From Tubulanus polymorphus (Eukaryota > Animalia > Nemertea): a DNA stretch of 64,000 bases. Both the position numbers and the translations under genes were made by a program. The DNA is taken from NCBI RefSeq assembly GCF_964204645.1, contig NC_134030.1:8537122-8601121 (forward strand), in the 5' to 3' direction. Shown here one piece after another: positions 33,565 through 46,939 of the stretch (position 1 is its first letter; every line of letters begins with the position of its first letter). The notes under the pieces are model-generated. The model did not search any database. It was not told where the DNA came from and saw only the letters and a list, made by a program, of their open reading frames with translations.

Positions 33565-35030
33565 ATGAAGCTGATCACCGGACTGTTGTCCGTTCTGGTT
33601 ATTGTCGTGATTTGTAACGAACACGCTAAAGCAGCCAGCATTCGCACGAGTCACGGTATGTACGATATTTGCTCGACCAACTGACCATATCAATTTGTAT
33701 GCGAGAAATAGAACATAACAAAGTTTTTAAAAGCTAAAAAAAAACTGGATTATACTTTGAGATTTATGAAGATCTTACTCATGTATTGATCTGAAAGTCG
33801 TACAATGTCGTGGACGCACACCATTCCATTGACGAAAATCTAGCTTATGAATGAATGAATTATAGTTCATCTATTTGTTTTATGTATCGTTCCATGTACT
33901 CAAAGATTTATCATCGATAGAGAGAAGACAATTACATCCGTTGGTTGATTTTCTCAAAACCCTTGGAAAAGAAGCGGTAGAAAAGTTGACGAATGAAGTG
34001 CTGTCTCACGATACCTTGCTCGAAATATCTTCATGCTTGTATGCGCGTGATTCCCGATTATGTGGCCTTGTCTTCTACAGTAAACATGAACCTTTTCATC
34101 ATTTCATATAATTCATTTGATCTATCTGCTTCTATTTCTATATGATATATAATTTACAAAATATGATATTGGCATGGCTAAATACATGACCTGATATCGG
34201 AAGCCAAGTGTGGCTGTATCCTTGATAACGAAAGGGCAGTGTACCCGTGGAAGAAAAAAGAATCGAGTGGATGATAGGATTAATGGGTTGATAGATAATA
34301 AAATGAAGCCTACACATTATACGAAATAAATGTTTGCGTACATGGCCAACCTAACAGACATTTTATGAAGAATTAACGTAGCATAATGCGAGATGAATGG
34401 TTACATATATATAGGTTGCTAATCGATGCTTTCGATTCATTTACATTTTTGAAGAATTGAATTCAACTAATTAGACTTAACAAAATGAAACGTTGTCTCG
34501 ATGACGCCACAAAAAAATGAACCCGGTGTTATCTGCCTAATATAGGTGTCCTACAGAAGTTAGTTAACGCCGTAACCGGAGTGAAGTCACCAGTGAAACG
34601 AAGTCTGAAAGAGAAATGTACAAGAGAAAAAGGTACAAAAAAACAAATCTTAATAAGTTTAAAACCCAATGTATAAAGGTTGAAAACGAATTTTATTTAT
34701 CAAGAGTTATAATCGAAATATACGACGTTTCGAACTCTCATCATCGTCAGGTGATCTCTATGTTATCTGTTGACAGAGTGCGGCTATTCTACTAAAACAC
34801 ATCTCATCTGTACACACGCGTTTGACAAAAGAAATGTGATTTCAGTATGAAGAATATTAATTGCAATAATTCTCATTTCTAGCTGATCTAGACGACGTAT
34901 TTAAGATAATCGCAAAGAAATCTTAGTAGCTACGTAAGTAGAACGAGCAATATGCCAAAATGTGGTATAACATATTTACATGAATGATACGTAATGTCGT
35001 TATTTTTTAATTCATTTCTTTCCAGATTAA
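33565..35030 (+). CDS. Small secreted prepropeptide paralogous to the N-terminal repeats of the upstream polyprotein; possibly splice-defective
   Basis: Exons 33565-33655 (signal MKLITGLLSVLVIVVICNEHAKA, G|GTATGT), 33906-34010 (DLSSIERR-QLHPLVDFLKTLGKEAVEKLTNEVLSH), 34546-34632 (GVLQKLVNAVTGVKSPV-KR-SLKEK...) and 35026-35030 (strong acceptor, AT TAA, AATAAA at 35044). TATAAG at 33509. The donor after 34010 reads AT, not GT. Confidence 0.7.
34690..34752 (-). mobile_element. Penelope-like terminal-repeat remnant with hammerhead-like CUGACGA...CGAAAC core
   Basis: On - it reads CCTGACGATGATGAGAGTTCGAAACGTCG, and its flank is homologous to 4690-4755. Confidence 0.45.
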
Positions 35031-35783
35031 TCAGTTTACAATGAATAAAGTTGAATCATAAGTTGTTGAATGAATTTGATATAATTGAAGTAGTTTCTAG
35101 TATTCTTTGCGGAGTATGTACTTGGGTATTTTTGGGTTTGTTGGTTGAAAAGTCGAGAGGCAAACTCTGAAGCCACTTTCATTTCTTGCATGTTCGGTAG
35201 ATGGCAGACGAATATGAAATGAAAAAATCGCTGGCTTATCGAAAGAACAAAAACGACACTATTCGTAATGTGTATCATATATTTATTGAAACCAAAATAC
35301 ATTTCAATACCTACATCAATTTTTAGTGTAAAAACTGTGCATAAATGAATAACAGTGTTTAACATTCCCTAATACATTAGCGAATGCTACTAAAAACGTA
35401 GTACATCAACTTTTTGCATTTCGTCGTTTTGAACAAAACATCCTTTGAAAGATATGATTGATTTGATCTAAAGATGTTTTAGTAATGATTTTCAGGACCA
35501 AAAAAGTGCACGACAAAGGAATTTCTATTGTTGAAGCTTTTCGAAAGAGTTATCGTATTGATGATAGCTATATATTCCATTGTATGTACCAACTGCAAAC
35601 TATGACTACCTAGAAGCTGTCTGTAGCAAAATGTTACAAAATATGGTATGCCCATCACTGCAAAAATGTCTAAAGAAGCTCGTTAACTTGACAATAACTC
35701 AAAACTAAAACCAAAAGGCCAATGTGGAAAAATAGTAAGGGGACGCAGAATATAATAGGGATCAAACACAAGAACCTACTTTC

Positions 35784-38700
35784 TCACTGCGGAGGGCTTT
35801 CCTCTGGCGATTCCTCCGGTTCAGCTTCAAACTTCATCTTTTCAAACTCATCGCTTCCCTCGAAGTCGCCCTTGTGGAAGACGTAGTCGACCAGAACGCC
35901 ATTTGGGGTGCGCATTTCCGGTGGTTCGTATCCCCGTATGTAACGACATTTCTTTACTTCGTTCCACTCCTTTTCAAGTGCGGCTTCATCAACGTTGTCC
36001 CCTGTAACAGAGTCAACATTAACAATTACCGATGGTCGCCTGGATGAGTGCACCGTTAACGATGCTCGACGTGCCGTCGCCATCGTGTCCAAACCGATCG
36101 ACGACCGCCGTCGTCCTTCATTGGTGATTGTCGTGGTTTTCCGGCGTTCTCCGTTACCATCTCCATCTGTCACCACGATCGAAGCCCTTCTCGTCGAACC
36201 GGCCTCTGAACCAGTGATTGATGGGCGCCGGGCCATTTTTTCCTCGCCCAGTGTCACAACAGACCCTCGCCGTGACACTTCGCCCGATGCGGGCATCATA
36301 GGTGGGTTACGAGTTTTAGATATAGGTGGTAGTGGAGGTTTCTGATTATCGAGTAGCATTTCTGATTGTTTTGAACCAGTATCTGGTACGTTGGATTGAT
36401 TGCTTTGCTGGCGGTATTCGTCGAGGACATTTTTCCGGTGAATTTGTGGTCTGATCGATCTGATTTCGTCATCATTTTCACTGGAGGTAGTTATGAAAAA
36501 TGGCCGATTGTCTTGAGACAGAGATTCTGATATTTCGGATGGATCGGGGCTGCGGATACTGACCTTTTTAGGTTTATGGCCCGTACTTTCCGTAACACCT
36601 TTGATGTTCGGTAGTTTAAGTATCGTCTTTTTGGGACTTTGCATTGAAGGTGGGTGCAAGTATTCGTCAGCGGGGAATACATCGCGTTCTTCGTCGGTAA
36701 GGTCATTGTCCTCCACTGGGTCGACATTCGAGTGAGAGTTGAAAGAGAGTTGATGCCGCGTTTGTTCACCACTGCAACGTTCACTGCTGTAACCAGAGGA
36801 GTCGCTAGAATTAGTTATATTTAACTGACATTTCTTGTGTTTTACTTTAAGGGTTCGGGGTTTGTACTTGACTATTTCTGGGAAATAGCCGACGCTGAGA
36901 GAGTGTTTGATATTTTCTGTATCGATAGGTTTTGGTTTATTGACCAGGTCACGAATTTCTTTACGCATCATGCGTTTCTTGAGACCGCATATAGTGGCCG
37001 ACATATTGTTTCCAGCCGGGTATATCTGATCTAACCAGCGACTGATCCTATATTCTTCCTTATCACTGGGTCTATACACACTCATCAATCCAGTAAAACT
37101 ATCGCTATTTAGTTTAGCGCGATCGATGTCTTCTTTTTCGCGTAGCTTTTTATAACTGGGTCTTTCTGGTCGATTCATTTGACTGGCAGCGGCGGCGGCC
37201 AATCGGCGACGTTTTCTGTTGCGCATTTCTCGCGTATTGGTTTTGGTTTTGCCCGATTGATCGTTCAACGACTCGTCTACCGAGCCGTCCTGGGAACCGG
37301 GATCAGGAACGCCATCGTTTTGCACAGCCGCTTCTTGAGCAGCCTCAATGGGGTTCGGGGCATTTGGGTCATTTGCCGCTGCTGCGGTGGCAATTGCTTT
37401 TTCGTTTGCTTTGTCTTCTTTTGCAGCTGTAATAGAAATTGTGTAAACTTTATGTGTGCATTCTGACGTAGCAGTGGAAGCAGTGATGTCCAAGGCATTG
37501 AACTAGTCTAATCGCATTCTAAATTATGATTACAAAACATAATCAAAACATGATGTTATACGACCAAATCCATACTCTAACTTGGGTATTTACAGATGAT
37601 TTTTATTCATCGTCCGAAACCATTGATTAATATCAAACTCAAACAAAATCCTCAAGAATCGAACTATAGAAAAATTTCACAACTTGATAAACGTTTCTAC
37701 AAACATACACGAAGTAAACAGCAAGATGAAATCGGATTAGAAAGTCCTACGGGACTTTAATTGCTAGTTACATAGACAATTCAGCACAGCAAGAAAAAAA
37801 AACAAATCACACAGTATTCATTACCCACCGACGATTGCTGAGGAGCGACCACGATCCTCGCTACTATCAAACCCTGAAGTTATATGCATTAAGAAAAAAC
37901 TATTGAATGAAAGGAAAAGAAAGCTACAGAGACCGGACGAACGTTGATCGGCAATACGAGAATCTTTATACGCTATTGGGTACCAAGTAAATGAGATTTC
38001 ATTTTTCATTTTGTGAATCATTTAGTTTTCCTTCATTCCTACATTTTAAAGAAATAGATATAAATAACTCATTTGAATCAAATATGCTTTTTGAATGGCC
38101 TAATCCAAGAAACAGCCCGATTTTGAGGTCATATGCTTTTCTTGCTATTCGTTTCGTATAGAATTTGCACAAACATTCACGATTCATAATATTGGCCAAA
38201 AATATATACTAGTTGATATGTGTCAAAATTGACACTGGCTGGGTTTGTCGTGATTTTCTCTATAGGCCACTCATCCTACACTTATGACATATTTTTGCGT
38301 TCATTTTGTATACAAAAGACGACTTCTTTTCATGCTAAAAGAGATTGCCACAAAAAACCGGTTCAATTTCAATGAAATCCGAGTGATCACGAACGTTAAA
38401 TCAACTCCGGACGACGTTGGTGAATTAATAAAGTTCCGTTATTCTTTTGAAAAGGGTTTAACTCGCATATATATTGTATATATAATCTGTTCAACAAAAG
38501 GTTGCCAAAAATAATCCCTTTTCTATATAATTGCAATTCCGCATACGCACTAAATTATGAAATGTAAATGTCAAGGTAGCGACGATTTTCAAATATTAAT
38601 TCGATCTTTCTATTCATTGATGTAACTGCTTTGTTCCACGTACAAGAGCAGGGTTTTTAATTTGTGATCCTTCCTTATATTTTTCAATGTTGCTTAAAAT

Positions 38701-39859
38701 GCTTATACGAGAAGCCGCGATCACACGGAGACGATTTGGTCCGGGTCAAATTTGCACGGATCGGACTCGAGCCAAATTTGGCCCGTGCCAAAAACGCTCG
38801 TGCGATCGCGGCTAAAGAGAATACACAAGCGAATATAGTACCTAATTAATATGAATGACCCCATAACGATGATTTAGATTGTTTATAAGCACTTGAAAAT
38901 GGATCTTTGTCTCCATGCGGATGGTTCAATTGAATAAGGCGGCAACGTCCTAGGCGATATAGACCTTTCGCAATTAGATTTAAAACTAATGAATCAAAAT
39001 CAACGTCTGAATTTATCTAAATGCTACTGACGAAATCCAATTTTGTGAACGATGTACTAGGGCCTGAAAGCATTAGATCCAGTGAAATTCTTCGATTTCT
39101 TTAACTCAAACCAAACGCTATTTAATTTGAAGACGCATTTATTCATTTTTGGTCGGCGATCTAGATAAAGTCTCATTTTCTTTTTTTGAATCAAAGGATA
39201 TTGATGTCTACTTGCGTGAATAAAGCGTGATTTTACTAGGTATGAGAACCGTGTTCTTCATAAGTCTTACTTTACTTTACTTACTTTACTTTAATTGAGT
39301 ATGAATTTGATTAGAAAATTCAAACATACTGCTAGATTTTCTCCTTGTGTAACTACCATGAAAATCCACTTCATAAAAATTACCGAAATACAACATTCAA
39401 TTTGAATTACGCTACGTTTCAATGTATAATTAGATACCATTATCCGGCGTTCAGTTTATTCAATTGCATCATCTTCAAATCTTATTTGTATTATAGTAGA
39501 TTTCTATCTTACGTATATCGATACTCTTTATTCGGTTCTAGACGTGATTATTCGCGTGCGTGTGTCGTGTTTGGAAAGCTTTCAATACCATGTATAAAAC
39601 TAAATTAACGCGTTTCATCCGACCTACCCATGATGCTTCGTCGAATTCCTTTCTTCAGTTCAGCGCGCACGTCTTCCGGCGTGTCCAAGCAAGCGTAGTC
39701 GCCAAATTGCTGGGTCATCTTGAACAGAAGCATTTGCAGGCCCATTTCGTCTTTACGCATCCGGATTGCCGCCCGTTGACGTTTCAGTTCGATGTCTTCG
39801 AGCCTTTTCCTCAGTTTGTGCTCCAAAGTATTTCGTGAAGCGTTCAGAGTGGCCATCAT
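35784..39859 (-). CDS. Uncharacterised ~625-640 aa protein: N-terminal coiled coil, long disordered region, RRxS cluster, C-terminal KKCRYIR motif (possibly CCDC190-like)
   Basis: Exon 39859-39628 (MMATLNASRNTLEHKLRKRLEDIELKRQRAAIRMRKDE..., G|GTAGGT), optional 45-nt exon 37873-37829, and a large last exon 37426-35784 (TTTCTATTACAG|CT, phase 1). The 1.6-kb open frame in AT-rich DNA supports coding. The family assignment is weak recall. Confidence 0.75.
38713..38813. mobile_element. ~100-bp PIF/Harbinger-like MITE
   Basis: TIRs AGCCGCGATCACACG and CGTGCGATCGCGGCT, with internal CAAATTTG repeats. Confidence 0.6.
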
Positions 39860-40807
39860 GGGTGGATGTACTTGTGTCGATTGTTATTGTACACTTTCTG
39901 TCCGCTCAAAATACATGCTTTCTCTTTGTAATATCGGACGAGTTTCGAGCGGCTTAACTGCAACTGCAATCGAGATTTTAAACGACCATATCAGGTTTAG
40001 TCAGCACGTATCATAATAGCAACGTCCACCACAAAAAAAAACACGACTAGCATGGAATTATTGAGGAAACACGAAACTTGACATAAAAGTAGGAAACAAC
40101 AAATTATCCATCACTTCATGCGTTAAAATGTTAATATCCGTACTTTCTAAGGTCTATCCGTACTTTCAGATTGTGTAGCTTGTGCTTCGTTAAATATTCT
40201 TTAGAACGTACTTGCTATTTAGTAATCCACGTTGTAAAATGATATTACATATACTTACATTTCTATTCAAAAAAAATTTCTACATGTCTAACTCTCGAAG
40301 GTGGTTTTCAAAGGAGTCAGGATAACCCCCTCCTACTGAATTTTAGATGGCTCTTTAAATGTCAACATAAAAATATCGACCGACCTAGTCTAACCCTTCA
40401 CACTACGAAATGAAAATTGAGATACGGGTCGTGGATTAGTTTCTATCGACGTTTATTTCGTTTAATGATATAAATTGACGATCAAAGACGATCTTTCGAT
40501 ACGTCCGCGTGCACCAATTCGTTTGATTTTGAAACATATTCTGCAACTACTTTCGTGTTTGCATATCTCTTTTAAAAAGCCTTTGAAACGATCTCCTCCA
40601 CCGACGACTGCTAATACAACGACCTATTCCGTCCGATAAATCGAGGGTAAAATGTATGTCTTTACACCTTCTGCTTCAATGTACCGCCTACATCACAGAT
40701 AGGAATTCTTTATTTGCTATGTTAGAAACCGCTTACAAATTACATGCATCAAATTTATGAAATACGTTGCGATGTTACTACCCATATCTGACAGCTCCAT
40801 AATTTCT

Positions 40808-40915
40808 AACCCCCAGTTTCGTTCCCAGCAGGTGTGGTGGGATTGTAAGAAAACCAACAAAAAATCAAACGAAATTTAGCTATCAAATAAACAACAGGGT
40901 CTTAAGATCAAAAAA
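40808..40915 (+). repeat. Interspersed repeat family, copy 1 of 3
   Basis: ACCCCCAGTTTCG...GCAGGTG...ACGAAAT...AACAGGGTC is shared with 59165-59281 (+) and 63555-63707 (-). Confidence 0.65.
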
Positions 40916-42544
40916 GCTGTTATATATTTGTGTATTCTATTTCTTTCTATTTTGTAGAAGACTGAAGAAACTGTAAACGTTTAGGTGACTTATAGGCCCA
41001 GCGGCCTATTTTTTAATTCAAAATAATTATAAGTCAATATTTTTAGACACACATCACGTTATAAAGGATTTATCTATCCATCCATCTGTCTATCTATCTA
41101 ATCTAAAATCGAGTTTTCGTGCAGCTCAGTACAACGGAATCTTTTCGCAAAAGATTTGGTTACTATTGGCCGGTTGAATGATAACCTAATCAGCTAAAAT
41201 ACCACCAGACTTTATGCCGCTATGAGAGGTCATTTAATTGATAAATATTTCGCGTCCAAATTATACCGGATTGAATTATTACAAATATGACGTTATGTAA
41301 TACTCAAATATCGTTGTATACTGTGGTAGTTAATCCTAATGTTGAATCAGTCTTACCTTTCTATAAGCCTCCTCAGGTTAATCACGAATATAGCGTCTTT
41401 ACGCCCGTGCGTGACCTTTCATTGAATTAAGTCTATTTCTCTTCGGAGTATATATAACTTTAGGCTATGGGACAAATTTATGTGACTTGACAACACTGTA
41501 TACAAAATATTGTCCCCATACCCAAAATGAAAACCAACTATTCGGTGAATTCTGATGGTAACCTTTAGATTTGTTAGATTAGACTTGTTCATAAGATAGA
41601 TCTTTATGAAGAGAAAAAGTCAAGAAATCACCACGAAAGTCTCAATAATGTCAATTATATACCAGGGAAAAAATCGCGAGTTAAATTTTTTGAAAAGTTC
41701 CTCAATTGCGTGGATTTTGTACGATTCTTTTCAAGCGCGTGAATTCCATATTTTTTCTAAGTATCGATGATTACAAACAAAAAGAACTTCATCGAAGCTC
41801 ATTCTAATATCCAATTTTGAATCATTTCAGTACCGATGATCAACTGTTGTTGGTGTAAATCATTAATTAATATAGTCAGAGGTCAAAGTATAAACAAATA
41901 AATAAATATTACTCCGACGCTTGTGTGAATTAGTGACGTACCGCCGAGGTTTGATATACGTAAACTTACCAGATTTGCAATTAGTCGTCAAGTGAGGGTA
42001 AACATTAAACTGTACTCCGTCGGGTGGTCGGTGGTCTCAGTGACCAGGCATAACCCGATCAAACAGTCACTTAGTTAGATTTAATCCTATCGTTGAACAG
42101 GGCATACGTACAGTTTTATTATCTTATATAGTTCGAGTTGTTAGTTGTGTCTTGTTATAGCGTTGTCCTCGTCAATACGTATAAGCATACGTAAATACAC
42201 CTGTAACAGCGTGTTCTCAAGATAATAAAGTCGACGAATTTTTCAGCTCGCGTTGGACAAAGAAAGAAAACCGGTAGACATTATATACGCGCATGTAAAA
42301 ATGTCGCAATTGCAAAATAATGGCTCTCTGTTATGATCATGACATCGACATTCCAATGTACAATTTATCATCGTTCGGGGGTTAAAGAGAATGGTCAATT
42401 CTTTTTCAGACCTTCATAAACATCTAGAACACGCATTTAACGGATTTACTGGTGTTGTTGGTTTCCATAGACAGGTGACTGTCTGATATCAATGAAGTAA
42501 AAACCCACAATATAATTTTTTTTAAACTAAATGAGAATTTGAGC

Positions 42545-42589
42545 TCTATGGGCCATTTTCAAAAACAGTTTTTGAAAATGGCCCATAGA
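42545..42589. repeat. Perfect 22-bp-arm palindrome inside a rearranged MITE-like unit (42527-42730)
   Basis: TCTATGGGCCATTTTCAAAAAC-A-GTTTTTGAAAATGGCCCATAGA, with an outer inverted pair CTAAATGAGAATTT / AAATTCTCATTTAG. Confidence 0.85.
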
Positions 42590-44539
42590 ATTGTCTAGGT
42601 CTATGTCAACTTTGGCTTTCCTTATCTTGAGTCTTCCTTATCTTGAGTAACCAGCCCTAGCATGAAGTAAAATCCTACAATTTTGAAAATGGCCCATAGA
42701 ATTGGGTCGAAACACAAAATTCTCATTTAGAGTCATTGTTTTAAGCCTTTGCAAAGTTTCATGATAGTTCTATAAAATCCTGAACGTACATCTTCTTTAT
42801 AATATTCAATAAAACACCATCGCATTGTCGCCATTATACATTATACATTTGACATGAGTCATCCAATAACGAAGCAAGGTCAAAGAGGTCGGGATTGAAA
42901 ATCGTTTCCAGATGACAATATTCTACGGCATATAGCACAATATTGTCGACAGCCTCTAACTGCGATAACGATATGATCGTCTGTTTTCTGCACAATCGAC
43001 TTCCGCTGTCGTCATTCACCGCGCTTTCGATCACACGAGAGAGAAGGGCTATATTCGCTGTTTAAAAAGTCAATTGAAATTCAAAACTGGCCTTAGACAG
43101 ATCTGTCTTATTTCATTCAGCATGATCGATGTATCTTTTATCTTTGTCCAGCTTAACCGAGTGTCTTTTTGTGTAAAATGGCTCGACTCGGCTGACATCG
43201 ACAGTGAAACAGGTATCTGTTGACCGCGCACGCATCCATCGAAACGAATGGCACGATTACTTTTACACTCCCCTAACGTACAGCGTCTCTCTTTACTAAT
43301 ACTATAAAATGCACTTCGATGCTTATAGGGTACTCGACGTGTACAGGAGCTGAACTCTGCCTAATGAATTTGCGGGACTAAATGCCGGATTCTGTGGGTG
43401 ACGCAACTTTGATTAAAATCGATTTAGAATCCCACTGACCGCGTGTCCGGGACACCAATTAACGTTTAATCAGTTACAGGAAATTACAAATGAAACGTTT
43501 ACACAAGTCCAATTGCTTTATATTTAATTCTCACTGCATGCGTGTTTCTATATTAAGACACGGTGACAAACCGGTACCGAGTAGTATTGAGGTAAATTCT
43601 TAATCATAATCGCTGTTCATACGGCGGTAGTCATCCTGAAATATTGCTTACTCAAACGTTCGAGCAACTCTTAATACTCTCTTTCCAGAAATACTGGATC
43701 GAGTAATCATTGAATGTTTGCGGAGTGTTATAAAACTGGAGAGTTCATCATTCATATTCACCATTGATAAGACACTATAACCATGTCGAGACGATAATAT
43801 AAAGAGAATCATTCAAAAATAACGAAAAAACTAAGTCCGAAAATGTTTCCTTGAGCTGGTTTATTCGACGTTTCGACTACTAATAGTCATCTTTTTGTAA
43901 TTATTGTGGGATGCTCTTTGTATTTTCATCATTCATAAAAGCACCGATTGTGTATAATTGTAATGTACATTGATTAGAATTCTTAACGGTGATTTTATTA
44001 CCTTTATCAAAAATCATTGAAACAGGATTGAAATGACTGTTTTGTTTGGACTCGGGTGTTCAAATTTTAAAAAGTGGGGAATCCCTGCGTGTATCTAAAA
44101 GAAGAATTAGATTTGATCCATGCAATTAGTATTGTCAATAACTCGTAGTTCATAAACGACAAAATGTTTTAAAGGAAGAAATGGCTGTAAACGTATTTGG
44201 TTTTGAACGGGTTTGAAAGCAGAGAATTCGTCTGACTTTGGACTTGTCGGTGATAGATATCTTTGGACCTGAAACTGAACAGATTTGTGGAGCGCACAAA
44301 GTATAACTGACGATCGTGTTAATGTTTATCTGACTCGAGCCGCGTCCGAATCACTCGAAAACACTTGCTTTTTAAAACATATTGAATACATCTGAAAATA
44401 GTCATTTTACGCGATTGTAATGGGTAATATTTGAACTGGCTATAATATCATCAAAGACTCTTATCTTAGACTGAGAATTCGTGTAAGAGGTACTCCTACG
44501 ATGAATCAATCTGATGGTTGCCCGGTGCAGACGATCCAT

Positions 44540-45202
44540 TTCGTGGCGCATGCGTACGTACCTGCTCTTGTAGGATTGACGCTGATTGGCGAAAATCGCT
44601 TATTATTTATGAGCATTCGAAAGCAAACATTCGATTGAGGTCCACGTTAATTGATTAAGCGCGCGCGCAGATATTGCAACTATCTTTCCCGCCGAAATAA
44701 CTCACGACAACAACCAGTATTGTAGATTAAATAATAAACCCTTACTGACAAGCGATATTAAACATCTCGCGCCTTCGGCAAACAGCCTCTGCCGACCACC
44801 GCCTACGAACTTGACGACATTGTTCATCACGCTGGTGCGCGCGCGACGTCACCACGGGCCGTTATTTAAACGTTGCAGCGTTTCCCGAAAGAGTAACGCT
44901 TAAGGAAGGCTCTAGTTGACGTTTGGGCGGCGATCGATTACGGAAAGAAACTTGGCTGTTTAAGGACCTCAGACAAGGAATACCGCAAAATTTCTTTAGA
45001 AAATACTGATATATCATTAATTGAATAAAGTAAAATTTTCGCTTCGCCTTACCAGAAAGTATATATACGTACACAGGGACATCTCGTGAAAACTGCCTGT
45101 CGCCAGGATAGATTGAGATTTGGCTGAACAACAGTTAAAGGCACCAGTTAAAGACCAAACAGAAGTAGCTTCAATAACGGATACTCATTTCAATCAGTCA
45201 AG
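44540..45202 (+). promoter_or_regulatory. Candidate promoter and first non-coding exon
   Basis: CpG-rich block with NRF1-like GCGCATGCGT (44546), reverse CCAAT (44585), CRE-like CGACGTCA (44844), TATTTAAA (44863) and donor AAG|GTACGA at 45202/3. Confidence 0.4.
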
Positions 45203-46939
45203 GTACGAGTTTATGGCAATTTTTCTTTAAGATTATCGAAAATTGTATTTCATAGATTGCAAACTGCTGCGAAATGCTCCGAAAATGAATGTTAAAAGAT
45301 AATTTGACTAATCGTATCTATGTTTCCTTTCGAGTGGCTAGAATTGGGGCTTTTATATGTTCACATACTTTGTATTGATTCCAGCGATAGCATGAATTTT
45401 GATTGCATGGTATTTTAGATGAATGACGCTTCTTTCGCTTATAAGTTGAGGGCACACGCTCTTTTTAGGTAGTCTGCGCATTTAACTTTTTGCTAGGCAT
45501 TTAAGAATCGAGATGAATGATAAGTATGACTGTCACGACATGTATTTCTCTATGTGTCTATACATGAATATTTCACTTAGCATAAAGTTTCCTATAAAAT
45601 GGCAGCAATGTTGTCGCAGTACAGTAGTTAGAACAAAATACATTAGAGTAGCAGGCTAGTTAGAGAGTAACGTACTTTATTTGCCAATATCACAAAGCCC
45701 TCGAACTGAGTAGGCACTCGGATGTCTACAGGAAGGCAAGTGCTTATTTCATAATTGCCTGAAAAATTACGCTGAGTGGTGATGTAAACGGCGGAATATC
45801 TGACGAATCAAATACTAATCAAACATACATATTCGATTATGAACACAGGACACATCGGTAATCGGAAAAACTCAAATGTTTCTCGACCAACACTACAGCA
45901 TCATCAATGATGATATATCATAATATCACTCGCGTGAGAAACGAATATGTACGAAAGTTGTACACGATTTGCCGACAGCGTTATAATACGACTTGACCAT
46001 TGTGTAAATCATTATACCATAAACCATAGGAGACGAAATTCCTTGAATGACGTGTATCCATCAGAAACAGATGTTCTCCTGATCCGAGAGGTGAGCACGA
46101 GATATTCGAGGCATAAGCGATCATTGTATTGGTGATTTCCCGTGCGTTAGTATGAAATCCGATTTCCCGTCTGCTATTAATCTTGTATGCTAGCAGAGGA
46201 CCCAATTGCAATTCCTGTTCTATGCGAATTTTGTTAAACATTTTCAAAGTTATGACGACCACGTCCTGACAACCCAAAGTTTCGTACGCTGGCGGGTAAA
46301 ATATAGGTGATGCTATTCTGGCCAAATAATGACGGAGAGCACTGTCAAATCGGGTACACGTAAGAATTCGTTTCTATCGACAATTACCATCATTACTTTC
46401 CTTCAACGTGTTTTGATTTGCGTGAGGCTGCAAAATTAAGTAACTTTTCAAAAAGTTGTATATTCCAACAGGAACTATCATCCACGCGTAAAAAACTGAC
46501 ATTAAAATGTCTGTTCGCATCGTTTTCATCAGGTAATTTCGCATAGCTGGTAGGGTGTATTGGTGTTGGCCCGGCTGAAATGCGACTAGGATATAGAATA
46601 ACGCATAAAATTATATCCACATTGGTAATTTTAGTATAAAGTTGCACGGACTTTTTTCCATGGCTACAAGCTTTGTTTGTGACACCGTAGATGGAATTTG
46701 GTTAGCGGCTAAGACATTTTTTCTCAGATGTAGGATAAAAAATGGGTGGATAAAAATGATAAGTTCTGTCGCAGCACGCAGGTGTCAGATTATATTCGCA
46801 GAAAACATGAGATGGTTCTAGGGACAGAGCTACGAAATGTGTCCACAGGGCCAGCGAAAGTGGACTACCAGCCGAAACATCCTCGAAAGAACAGAACGTC
46901 GATCGTTTACTTAACCTGATTAAACTCATGCATGAAGCC

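Noticed and set aside
34011-34545. U12-type AT-AC intron
   Set aside because: The 5' sequence ATACCTTG does not match ATATCCTT, and the acceptor is AG.
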